IMG/VR virus record: IMGVR_UViG_3300036944_000909
Strand: one strand, 5' to 3'
Length of the DNA stretch: 56,829 bases
Source of the DNA: a virus
The translations under genes and the position numbers were made by a program. Below the pieces are notes generated by a model, which saw nothing but the letters and a program-made list of their open reading frames with translations, ran no database searches and had not been told where the DNA came from. Positions 42,978 through 50,902 of the stretch are shown one piece after another (within the stretch, counting starts at the first letter, position 1; every line of letters begins with the position of its first letter).

Positions 42978-44563
42978 GATCGGCGTCCGACTACTTTCGA
43001 GTGATGACGTGCCGGCGTTGAGCCTGCGGACTTGCGCTTCTTCTTCGTCGCAGCACGGTCCTGCTTGCGTTGTGCGTTCGGTTCAGCCCACGCGAAGATT
43101 GCAGACCACGCCTCGTCAGGCGATCGGCCCAGGCGCTTGCTGATCTCTTCGTTGCCCTCGATCGCAATCGTGGTGCGTGAATCGACGTGCGCCTTCTCAC
43201 GGAAGGCTGCGAGTTCCATCAGCAGGCCGCGACCAGGCGGCAACGCGATGTTGTCGCCCTTCTCCGGGTCGAGCCCTTCCTTCAGGCGCCAGACCCATTC
43301 GGCTCGCTTGTTGGCAAAGCCCCGATCGCCGTAGCGTTCCTTTTCGCCCGAGCCCTCTGCACCCTTGCAGCGGACCACGTTGAAGTTGTTGCTCTCCAGC
43401 GCCGAGGACAGGCCACCGCCATATCCGCCGCCGCAGTCGATGTTGAATTGCGGGTCGTCCTTGGCGTTCTCAACCGCGAATGCCGCCTGCTTGGCCGTGG
43501 TATCGACCTCGACGCCTGGTTTCATCTTGGCCGGGCCGAACGTCGTCCCGTGCAATGGCGTGCAGGCCATGCGGTCCTTGCCGCCATCAGCCATGTCGAT
43601 ACCGAGCGCCGTCATCGGCTTGTCGGTCAGGTCTTTCTGCCGGAACTGAAACCGCTGTTGAGCGGCGACGATCCACGATGTCGGGATCACCTGCCGGTCT
43701 GCGTCCTCGAGGGTAGCCTTGAACCTGCCGTATGCCAGAGCATCACGAAGATGCTTCGGCAGGGCCATGAGCGTCGAGCCGTAGCCCGTCTCGGCAAGAT
43801 CGGGGTTGTCACCCAATCCAGCCGGGATGAAGGTTCGCGATCGAGGCCGGATGATCTCGCCGCTTGGCCCCTCGCCCACATAATCGGCGCTGACCTCGAC
43901 GTCCTCCTGGTCGCCTATCGTGGTGTAGTATCGAAGCTCGCCGGGCTGAGCCGGATTCGGATGGTTCTCATCCAGCCATGCTGCCCAGTATTCAATGACC
44001 CAGAGCCCCTCGGGCGTCACAGGCGGGTTGCCGGCGCCGACAATGCGTGTCCGCTGCCCCGGTTTGACCGTTCGCAGCCAGGCGTTGACCGTCCGGTATT
44101 CGTCCTTCGTGAACTGGGTGAGTTCGTCCCACCCCTTCAGGTCGGTCGGGTCGCCCTGATAGCGTTCCCACGCCGTTGGATCTGATAGCGCGCCGAAGCG
44201 GACAATCCTGTCCGAGTTCGGAATACGCCAGACATGGTCAGAGCCGTTATAGCCGTCCCGTGTCCCAAGCACCTGCGCCATGCGATCGACCAGCGCTTGC
44301 CGGTCATTGTGCTGGCGACGGAACAGGCGACTGACTGTGTGCTCGTTCAGCGCCAGGCCGATCAGCAGGTCCGATTTCCCGCCGCCTGCCTGTCCGCCGT
44401 AGAACAGCTCGTCGGCTGGGGAGAAGTAGGCGTCGGTTTGTGGTCCAGGATTTGGGAGCCACTTCATCCCCGCCGTTGCCTTGTTGGCGAGGCCGAGGAC
44501 TTCCTTCCGGTCCTTCTCCGGCATCTTCTGGAGACGCGTTAGGATGTCGTCCAGTTGGCTCAT
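42974..44563 (-). CDS. terL: Terminase large subunit
   Basis: Walker A-like YGGQAGGGKSD. 529 aa. Preceded by the small subunit and followed by the portal. Confidence 0.85.
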   Translation of the reverse strand: MSQLDDILTRLQKMPEKDRKEVLGLANKATAGMKWLPNPGPQTDAYFSPADELFYGGQAGGGKSDLLIGLALNEHTVSRLFRRQHNDRQALVDRMAQVLGTRDGYNGSDHVWRIPNSDRIVRFGALSDPTAWERYQGDPTDLKGWDELTQFTKDEYRTVNAWLRTVKPGQRTRIVGAGNPPVTPEGLWVIEYWAAWLDENHPNPAQPGELRYYTTIGDQEDVEVSADYVGEGPSGEIIRPRSRTFIPAGLGDNPDLAETGYGSTLMALPKHLRDALAYGRFKATLEDADRQVIPTSWIVAAQQRFQFRQKDLTDKPMTALGIDMADGGKDRMACTPLHGTTFGPAKMKPGVEVDTTAKQAAFAVENAKDDPQFNIDCGGGYGGGLSSALESNNFNVVRCKGAEGSGEKERYGDRGFANKRAEWVWRLKEGLDPEKGDNIALPPGRGLLMELAAFREKAHVDSRTTIAIEGNEEISKRLGRSPDEAWSAIFAWAEPNAQRKQDRAATKKKRKSAGSTPARHHSKVVGRRS

Positions 44564-44633
44564 TTGGACGATTTCACCTTACGGAGCGGGTTCACTTCCG
44601 CATTTCATGCCTCGGACGCTCAGCCGCGGCGAA

Positions 44634-45092
44634 CTAATCTTCTGCGCGAACGGCCTTTGCGAGCAACATTGAAACCTTGCGTGCCGCCGATCGATCAGTG
44701 TCAGGCGATGGCGGGTCGGCCTTCGGGTCCATTTCACGCGTGTCCACATGCGCCTTCTCGCTCCAGCCCTTGAAGCGCTGCGCCATGTACTTGAGGTTGG
44801 CCGCGCCCTGGAACTCGCTGGGCGTTTTCTCTAGCCCTTCGCGGATCTTTCGCGCCCAACAAGCCTCTGCGGCTTCCTGCGCGCGTGAGAAGGCTTCAGA
44901 AAATTCCGGGTGAACGCCGCTCCATTCGTACAGCGTCTGGATCGAAACATCGAGTTCGTCGGCCATTTCAGGGACAGTCATGCCCTGTTTGCCGTGCATT
45001 ACGATGGCGGCGCAGAACTCTGGTTTATACTTGCTGGGGCGTCCGACAGGACGGGGCTCAGGCTTGAGGGTTTCGGTATCAGGCATTTTCAC
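44634..45092 (-). CDS. terS: Terminase small subunit
   Basis: GRPSKYKPEF...MTVPEMADELDVSIQTLYEWSGVHPEFSEAFSRA is the typical HTH N-terminus of phage small terminases. Confidence 0.7.
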   Translation of the reverse strand: MKMPDTETLKPEPRPVGRPSKYKPEFCAAIVMHGKQGMTVPEMADELDVSIQTLYEWSGVHPEFSEAFSRAQEAAEACWARKIREGLEKTPSEFQGAANLKYMAQRFKGWSEKAHVDTREMDPKADPPSPDTDRSAARKVSMLLAKAVRAED

Positions 45093-45303
45093 TCATCCGC
45101 ATGAGTACGTGCTTTCCGGCCTCGAGGAGCCAGAGCGTGTTCATTGAGCCCTTGGAGCCGGCGAGGAAGATCGTGCCGTCATGCTGAAAGCCGACCACGA
45201 CGACTTCGGCTAACTGATCCTTTGCGCCTTCAAGCACTGCATCAGGGCTGACGACGTAGTTCTCTCCTACGTCTTGACCCTTCAGGTTGATTACGTTGCT
45301 CAT
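45079..45303 (-). CDS. Hypothetical protein (74 aa)
   Basis: MSNVINLKGQDVGENYVV.... Only the 3' 74 codons of the 334-aa ORF 45079-46083 look coding. ATGA-type overlap with the upstream gene. Confidence 0.55.
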   Translation of the reverse strand: MSNVINLKGQDVGENYVVSPDAVLEGAKDQLAEVVVVGFQHDGTIFLAGSKGSMNTLWLLEAGKHVLMRMSENA

Positions 45304-46049
45304 GGCGCAACAAAGTATCCAGCCGACACGCGCCAGATTACGGCGGTTGTGGCTGGGCAGACGATCGTGGTGGCTGTGCCCTGTGCGGATACGGCCAGCG
45401 GATACGCGAAGTCCTCGCGCCACGGGAATAGCGTGCCCTGCGCCGCAGCTTCGGCTGGGAAGCTGAAAGCCAGCGAGCCTGGCAGGTTGGTCGAGGTCAC
45501 CGTGACCGGCGCCGCAGCCGCCGTCAGCAGCGCTGTCGCGAAACGATTTATGGAAAGGTATGTGAGGTAGTGGCGCAGGCCAGCGCCTGGCGATGCAATT
45601 GTCAGCGTCACAGCAGCGGCAGCGGCGCCAACAGCCGTTGCCAGCGTCGAGGTGACGAATGTCTGCGGCCCGTTGTCTGGCGCCAGCGAGGCGTTGATGT
45701 ATGCCGTTGGCCCGCCCGATGTGTAGGCCGTGCAGCGGATGCGCGCCCGGCGATAGCCGAGGCAGCTTCCGATCCAGACGCCGGATGTCGTGCCCGTAAT
45801 GGCAGCGACATAGCCGACAGCCGCCACGTTCAGCGCGCGTACCGGGATTGGCGTCCAGTTTGTCCCGTCTACTGTGCCGGCGGCTTCGAACGTGCCATTG
45901 AACGTCCCGCGCAGATCCACCATGACGGACGCGCAGCCATCGCAGTCGATGACAACCTCGGCGCCGTTCGAGCCCAGGGTGCCCGTGTCGTACAGGTTCT
46001 CGCGCGGGTGCAGGACGCGCGGCGTGCCCTTGTCGGTTGAAAGTTTCAA
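45300..46049 (-). CDS. Hypothetical beta-rich protein (249 aa)
   Basis: Plausible composition. Overlaps the stop of the collagen-like gene by 4 nt. Confidence 0.65.
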   Translation of the reverse strand: MKLSTDKGTPRVLHPRENLYDTGTLGSNGAEVVIDCDGCASVMVDLRGTFNGTFEAAGTVDGTNWTPIPVRALNVAAVGYVAAITGTTSGVWIGSCLGYRRARIRCTAYTSGGPTAYINASLAPDNGPQTFVTSTLATAVGAAAAAVTLTIASPGAGLRHYLTYLSINRFATALLTAAAAPVTVTSTNLPGSLAFSFPAEAAAQGTLFPWREDFAYPLAVSAQGTATTIVCPATTAVIWRVSAGYFVAP

Positions 46050-46555
46050 GCCAGAACCTCGTATGCGATCTTGACCGGGCCATTCATCGGAAGCAGGGAC
46101 AGCAGCGTGAGCGTGACCGTGTCAGTCCCGCCCCTTGCCGCTACCGTTGTCTCTGGCATTCCCTCGCCATTGTTCTCGTCGCTGTCATCGCCAGCCTTGA
46201 GCCATGCACGCAGCAGCGCTGCCGATGACATGCCGGGATGCGATATCGTGCTTTCCACGAAGTAGGCGTTCGCCGGGGTCAGAGTTGCGGAATAGACCGT
46301 CCAGGCAGCGCCTGCGGGGCCGGTTGCGCCCGTTGCTCCATCAGCGCCGTTGGTTCCGTTGGTGCCATTTGTGCCGTTGGTGCCGTTAGAACCCGCCGCT
46401 CCGGTCGCGCCCGCTGGACCCGTAGGCCCCGCTGGTCCGGTTGGGCCGGTTGGGCCGGTTGGGCCTTGCGGCCCTGTTCCGCCCGTGGAAGCCGACGACA
46501 GAGACGAGGAAACAGCCGCGTCCGTTATTGTGCTTCGTCTTGGCCTGTCGCGCAC
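46046..46555 (-). CDS. Collagen-like (Gly-X-Y repeat) protein, first gene of the late operon
   Basis: About 19 uninterrupted G-X-Y triplets (GPQGPTGPTGPTGPAGPTGPAGATGAAGSNGTNGTNGTNGTNGADGATGATGPAG). GTG start with a weak RBS. Confidence 0.65.
   Translation of the reverse strand: MRDRPRRSTITDAAVSSSLSSASTGGTGPQGPTGPTGPTGPAGPTGPAGATGAAGSNGTNGTNGTNGTNGADGATGATGPAGAAWTVYSATLTPANAYFVESTISHPGMSSAALLRAWLKAGDDSDENNGEGMPETTVAARGGTDTVTLTLLSLLPMNGPVKIAYEVLA
46303..46483. repeat. 9-bp tandem repeats encoding the collagen-like triplets
   Basis: (CCGGTTGGG)x3 is perfect at 46437-46463. GTTGGTGCC-type units span 46349-46386. Confidence 0.8.
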
Positions 46556-46817
46556 AATACTAGCCTTTGCTTGCGCTCAACTTGGAGACGACTGTAATGC
46601 AAGTAACGCACTTGTGATTATTTCGGCTTACCGTTCACGTATTTCGACTTTGACAGCCGAATACTTCGCGTAACTTGCGAGTACGGAAGTGATTACTTCC
46701 CCGCTATTTGACATTGCAGGTTGAACCACACCCCCAACAGCAGGGAGCCTAAGCCCCCTGCCGGATCGGTCGGCGCGTCAACGCCGCTCGGTCTGATTGA
46801 AAGAAAGCACTCTTCCA
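46556..46817. promoter_or_regulatory. Lower-GC divergent control region between the late operon and a + strand membrane-protein gene
   Basis: Palindromes CAAGTAACGCACTTG (46600-46614) and GGAAGTGATTACTTCC (46685-46700). Inverted repeat TTCGGCT/AGCCGAA (46622-46628 / 46655-46661). TTGACA at 46650-46655 with TAACTT 15 nt downstream. Confidence 0.45.
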
Positions 46818-47678
46818 ATGACCAAAACTCTTAATGCACGCCCTGCCGGATTCAAACCCGGCCTTGTCTTTCTGGCCTTGTTTAGTTTCGCGATGGGCGC
46901 CTTGGGCGTCTATGGCTGGCTTCAGAGCGACATGGACCAGATCAGCCGCCTTGCCCTCGCCTTTGGCGCAGGCGCTACGGCCCTGGTCATCCCCTTCACC
47001 GTGATTGCGCTTGGACGCTCTTGGGCGTCTGCCGGCGTGATCCCGGTTCTGATGGTTGCGATGGCCCTGCAGGCCGTCAGCTTCCACAACTTCTACGGAA
47101 CGACGATCGAAGCGCCTCACAAGGATGCCTTTGATGCCGGTCTCGAGCCGCTTCAGCTCGAGGTTGGCCGGACCACCGGACGGCTCGAGAAGGCGCAGGC
47201 CGCTCTCGACGCCTTCCCGGCCCTCGTTCTTCCCGATTGCCTCTGCCCGAAGACGACCGCGGCGAAAACCGCATCGTGGGAAGCCCAGCGCGCTCCGCTG
47301 GCGCTTGCAGTCGATACCGCCAAGGCTGACCGCCAGAATGCACGCGATGCGCTGGCGACCGCCTCGGAAGCCTACCGTCCGCTGGCCCCTGATTGGGCCG
47401 TCTGGCTGGTTGGCGGTCTCCTCGACCTCTCGATCGCCCTCGCGATCTGGTCGCTGGAGACAACCGCCCGCAGGCTCCGCAAGGAGCATGAGGCGAAACT
47501 GGTGGCCGAGGCGAAAGCTGAAGCAAAGCGCGAAGAGCGCCGCCGCCAACTGGTTCGCGAGGAACGCGCCGAACAGCGCGCCATCCGCGAGAAGGCCAAG
47601 GCCAAAGCGGCTAAAGATGCCGCCAAGGCCCGCCCGGTGCAGCCCTTCGTTCCGAAGCTGGTTGCCAACGATAGATAG
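46818..47678 (+). CDS. Polytopic membrane protein with coiled-coil and Lys/Ala/Glu-rich tail (286 aa)
   Basis: ATG at 46818 (the track starts at TTG 46797). Three N-terminal TM helices, a helical segment, a fourth TM (WAVWLVGGLLDLSIALAIWSL), then RKEHEAKLVAEAKAEAKREERRRQ. Confidence 0.7.
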   Translation: MTKTLNARPAGFKPGLVFLALFSFAMGALGVYGWLQSDMDQISRLALAFGAGATALVIPFTVIALGRSWASAGVIPVLMVAMALQAVSFHNFYGTTIEAPHKDAFDAGLEPLQLEVGRTTGRLEKAQAALDAFPALVLPDCLCPKTTAAKTASWEAQRAPLALAVDTAKADRQNARDALATASEAYRPLAPDWAVWLVGGLLDLSIALAIWSLETTARRLRKEHEAKLVAEAKAEAKREERRRQLVREERAEQRAIREKAKAKAAKDAAKARPVQPFVPKLVANDR

Positions 47679-47698
47679 CCGGTTCAGCCTGACGCCTG

Positions 47699-47731
47699 CC
47701 GCCGCTCCAGAAATGGGGCGGCGGTTTGCGT
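47699..47731 (+). terminator. Rho-independent terminator
   Basis: CCGCCGC tccagaaatggg GCGGCGG followed by TTTGCGTT, 20 nt after the stop at 47678. Confidence 0.6.
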
Positions 47732-47785
47732 TCTGATGATGAGGAGGCGCTGGTCAAAGCCAGCCGCCCTCCCTTTGGAAACTGG

Positions 47786-48025
47786 TTAACTTGTTGCAGG
47801 CTCGCCGCGGACGGTTGCCGCCTCTGCGTTTCGAATGTCCTCATGCTGAGCCGCTATCCGTGCGTGCTCGCAGGCGAGATCGTATTCGGCGCGGAGGTCG
47901 CGCATCGCTTGCGTCAGGAAGCTCTTGCGATGGTCGGGGCGCATCCTGCGGAAGTGCGTCGGGAACTTCACCACGGCCTTGCCGCCGTGTCTGAAGCCCA
48001 CGATTTTGACCACCATTCGCAGCAT
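47786..48025 (-). CDS. Hypothetical basic protein (79 aa)
   Basis: The start overlaps the stop of the upstream gene (MLRMVVKIVGFRHGG...). Internal start of ORF 47786-48163. Confidence 0.5.
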   Translation of the reverse strand: MLRMVVKIVGFRHGGKAVVKFPTHFRRMRPDHRKSFLTQAMRDLRAEYDLACEHARIAAQHEDIRNAEAATVRGEPATS

Positions 48026-48618
48026 TATCGCCTCGGCGTGAGTTTGGCTTTGGCCCGTGGCGGCGGGGTTGTGGATGGCGGCGGGCTGGACGATGCAGCC
48101 GCAACCTTCAGCCGGGGCGCGACGGGCTCTGCCTTGCCGGGCGGGCTGTGGATATCTGCCCACGCTTCCTTGATCGGGCGGCGCGTTTCCAGCTTCAGGG
48201 TCGGGGCTCTGTTGACCTCAACGTTGATGCTTCTGATGCCCTCTTTATCCCCAAAAATCCGGTGCCCGACCCATAGGCGTATCGAGGCGATGTTCCCCGA
48301 AATCACGCATTTGGCATCGGGCCAGCTTGGGGTGACTTCCACTCTCAGGCCGGGGTAAATCTCTGCGTATTCACGGGCGACAGCGTGCCGGGCCAGTTCT
48401 TCAAGGTGCGCTTCAGCCTCTTCGGCGCCCATCTTGGAAACGTCCACGCCTTTAACGGCCTGGATTGCTGCCTGCCTTAGCCGCTCGTCCGTGAAGTCGT
48501 TGGAGCGGACGACGCCGACAGGCTCAACGCGGTTCTTGCTGAAGAAGTAAGCCCCTGCCGCGATAGCCGCAGTCAGGGCCAGCAAGATCCACGCAAAGTC
48601 TGCGAAGGATAGGGACAT
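48025..48618 (-). CDS. Membrane-anchored protein (197 aa, N-terminal TM, Pro/Ser-rich basic tail)
   Basis: AGGGAGGGG RBS. FAWILLALTAAIAAGAYFF anchor. Confidence 0.65.
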   Translation of the reverse strand: MSLSFADFAWILLALTAAIAAGAYFFSKNRVEPVGVVRSNDFTDERLRQAAIQAVKGVDVSKMGAEEAEAHLEELARHAVAREYAEIYPGLRVEVTPSWPDAKCVISGNIASIRLWVGHRIFGDKEGIRSINVEVNRAPTLKLETRRPIKEAWADIHSPPGKAEPVAPRLKVAAASSSPPPSTTPPPRAKAKLTPRR

Positions 48619-48813
48619 GGGAGAAGCCCCTCCCTGATTTCAGACATAGCTTAGGATATGGTCATTTTGCATGACCAGCTCGCAGGACGCTCGGCTTTCG
48701 CCTACTCGCAGGGAAACACCTGCGCATGTCCCGGTCATGTTGACGGATTCCAGCCCCATCAAACAGTGCGTGCATATTGTGGCGGTTTGCGGCGAAGCAC
48801 AACCCCTAGCGGT

Positions 48814-49341
48814 TCAAGCCGCTTCGGACTTGTAGCATTGAGCCACAGGAAACCGGACCTCGGTTGAGACTGAATTGAACATGACGAGGTCGAACACGGC
48901 TTCATGCCGCTGGATATCCTTGACCCGAAGTTCAAAGCCCTCGAATGCCGGCGCGTCGATGCGGACCATGTCGCCAATCTCAAAGGGCGAGCCCCGGAAG
49001 AAGCGGAAATAGTCCGGCAGGCTTTCGTCGGGCAGGTCCAAGAACGCGCCCAGCGCCTCCGGATTGAGCCGCACGGGGCGTCCCTCAAGGGATACCACCG
49101 ACCGGATCATGTGGCAGCGGTGGACCTCCATCCACGGGTTGCCGGTTGTGCCGATGAAAACATATCCAGGCGCTGCGACGGCTTCACGTTCCTTGCGCTT
49201 GCCGTTAGTCCAGCGCCCGAACTTCTTCTCGGTCTTGGCGAACGCCTTGAAGCCCCGATAGATCAGGTGCTTTCTGACCATGTGTTCGCGCATTGGGAGC
49301 GTTCGAAGCGCGAACCATGCAAGTTCCGTCCCCGTGGTCAT
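48814..49341 (-). CDS. NusG/RfaH-like transcription antitermination factor (NGN + KOW)
   Basis: WFALRTLPMREHMVRKHLIYRGFKAF...APGYVFI (NGN-like) and FEIGDMVRIDAPAFEGFELRVKDI (KOW-like). ATG at 49341 after AGGAAAAGG. Confidence 0.7.
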   Translation of the reverse strand: MTTGTELAWFALRTLPMREHMVRKHLIYRGFKAFAKTEKKFGRWTNGKRKEREAVAAPGYVFIGTTGNPWMEVHRCHMIRSVVSLEGRPVRLNPEALGAFLDLPDESLPDYFRFFRGSPFEIGDMVRIDAPAFEGFELRVKDIQRHEAVFDLVMFNSVSTEVRFPVAQCYKSEAA

Positions 49342-49490
49342 CGCCTTTTCCTTTCGTGTCCGATTGATCCGATTGCCAGGAACGTCAGGCCCAGCCCGCC
49401 GATGATTGTGTTGATGACGTTGATGTCCGTCTGGGGTCGCCATAGGAGGGCGCCCACGAGGGCCAGAAGGGCTAAGCCTGCGAGCCTCAT
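49338..49490 (-). CDS. Mini membrane protein (50 aa, two hydrophobic segments)
   Basis: MRLAGLALLALVGALLWRPQTDINVINTIIGGLGLTFLAIGSIGHERKRR. ATGA overlaps on both sides. Confidence 0.5.
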   Translation of the reverse strand: MRLAGLALLALVGALLWRPQTDINVINTIIGGLGLTFLAIGSIGHERKRR

Positions 49491-49594
49491 GTGTTCCCCC
49501 CGCTTCCATGCTTGATCGCGTTCCAGACGATCCATGCGAGGAATGGCAGGGCTGCGATGACGCCCACCAGCAGGGCGAGTTGTTCGCCGCTCAT
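49487..49594 (-). CDS. Mini membrane peptide (35 aa, one TM)
   Basis: MSGEQLALLVGVIAALPFLAWIVWNAIKHGSGGNT. ATGA overlaps on both sides. Confidence 0.45.
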   Translation of the reverse strand: MSGEQLALLVGVIAALPFLAWIVWNAIKHGSGGNT

Positions 49595-49692
49595 TGCTTG
49601 CGCCCCCATCCGAATACGAAGCTGAGCGCCGGGAGCGCGAGGCAGATGCCAAGCATGACGAGACAGATCCAAAAGCCCTGCTCGATCCACAT
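49591..49692 (-). CDS. Mini membrane peptide (33 aa, one TM), below the ORF-track cut-off
   Basis: Hand translation gives MWIEQGFWICLVMLGICLALPALSFVFGWGRKQ. TGATG overlap upstream and ATGA downstream. Confidence 0.45.
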   Translation of the reverse strand: MWIEQGFWICLVMLGICLALPALSFVFGWGRKQ

Positions 49693-50450
49693 CACGCGTC
49701 CACCTTGGGCTTGCCGAACAGGTGAGAGACGCCTCCCCACGGGTTGAACCGATTGCGCTCCGCAACCTTCTCCGGGCTGTAGTAGTCGTGAGCCTTGGCG
49801 AGTGCGTCAGCCTCGGGGTTGGTGACAGGCGCATCGACTACAGGCGCGTATCCCTCGGTCGGCTGGGGCTCGTTCCAGACTGGCTCGGGGATGGGCGGCT
49901 CGGACGCTGGCCCGGTCATCACCCCGTAGCCATGGGGCTCGCCATGCTCGTTGACTTCACCCGCGTATCGGCTCCCATCCGGATAGTGGATGACGGCATA
50001 CGCGCTGTCGTCGTCTGCGACAGGCTCCACGTCTGCTGTCAGCTCTATGGCTGCGGCTCGGGTGGCTTCGTCGTCGGGCTCAGCGAACTCGCTGGCGTCG
50101 TCGGGCTCGTCCAGTTCGTCGCCTAGCGTTTCGTCGCCCTGCTCTGGGCCGTGATCGTCGTCCCTGTCGCCTATGATCCGATCAATGACGTAGTCGGAAA
50201 GCATGTGCCCATCATCCCCGGTCTGCGTCTCGGGCTCGGGGATGGGGGCGTTCTCGGCTTCGATGTACGCGGCGATAGCAACAGCGGTCGGGTCTGCGGG
50301 CTCTAGCGCGGCGATGGCGCGGTCGAGGTCTGCAATCAAGTCGCGAACGTCAGTCGCTTTGTGAATCCACTTTACGACTACAGCATCATACTCGTCGCGC
50401 TGCTCGACAGCAGTCGCCCGGCGCTTTGTTAGGTCTTCAAGAAGTTTCAT
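49692..50450 (-). CDS. Highly acidic protein (252 aa) with one MORN-like repeat
   Basis: AGGGGA RBS. Long Asp/Glu runs. YPDGSRYAGEVNEHGEPHGYGV resembles a MORN unit. Confidence 0.65.
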   Translation of the reverse strand: MKLLEDLTKRRATAVEQRDEYDAVVVKWIHKATDVRDLIADLDRAIAALEPADPTAVAIAAYIEAENAPIPEPETQTGDDGHMLSDYVIDRIIGDRDDDHGPEQGDETLGDELDEPDDASEFAEPDDEATRAAAIELTADVEPVADDDSAYAVIHYPDGSRYAGEVNEHGEPHGYGVMTGPASEPPIPEPVWNEPQPTEGYAPVVDAPVTNPEADALAKAHDYYSPEKVAERNRFNPWGGVSHLFGKPKVDA

Positions 50451-50476
50451 CTGTGGTCCCCTGTGTTGGTTGAAAG

Positions 50477-50902
50477 CTACGCTGCGTGTGAGTGTTGTTC
50501 GGGCTCGTCGTCGCGATAGTCGGCTGCGGCTTGCTCAAGCCCATCAGGCGCGTGGCGGCGCAGCGTGCGGAACAGCGATGACGTGCTGACCCCGAACGCG
50601 TCGGAGATGTCCTGCCAGTTCCAGCCCGCCTTGCGGCACAGCGCCAGCATCTCCAGCCGCTTGCCGAGATCGAAGGCCCGGAGCTTCCGCGTTGCGATGA
50701 TGCGCCCGTTGTCAGCCAGTTCGGCGCGAACGTCTGGCGGCGCGTTGTTGCCGATCCATTCGATCGCCGCAGGCTTCGTGACGTTCCACTGCTGGGCCAG
50801 CCAGGATATGCTCTGACGCGCGACGATTGCCTGCTGGATGTCGCGCATACGGTCGCGGCGCTGGGCGAGAAGGGCTTCGGGCTTGCGGCTTGTGGTGGTC
50901 AT
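50477..50902 (-). CDS. HTH DNA-binding protein (141 aa)
   Basis: SISWLAQQWNVTKPAAIEWI and WQDISDAFGVSTSSLFRTLRRH are HTH-like segments. Confidence 0.6.
   Translation of the reverse strand: MTTTSRKPEALLAQRRDRMRDIQQAIVARQSISWLAQQWNVTKPAAIEWIGNNAPPDVRAELADNGRIIATRKLRAFDLGKRLEMLALCRKAGWNWQDISDAFGVSTSSLFRTLRRHAPDGLEQAAADYRDDEPEQHSHAA

Noticed and set aside
45079-46083. 334-aa - strand ORF spanning the region upstream of terS.
   Set aside because: Most of it is Arg/His/Cys/Gly-rich junk overlapping the much more protein-like 249-aa frame (45300-46049). Only its last 74 codons (45079-45303) look coding.
46303-46483. CRISPR-like or satellite repeat.
   Set aside because: The periodicity is 9 bp and in frame with Gly-X-Y codons of a collagen-like ORF. 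There are no spacers and no cas genes.
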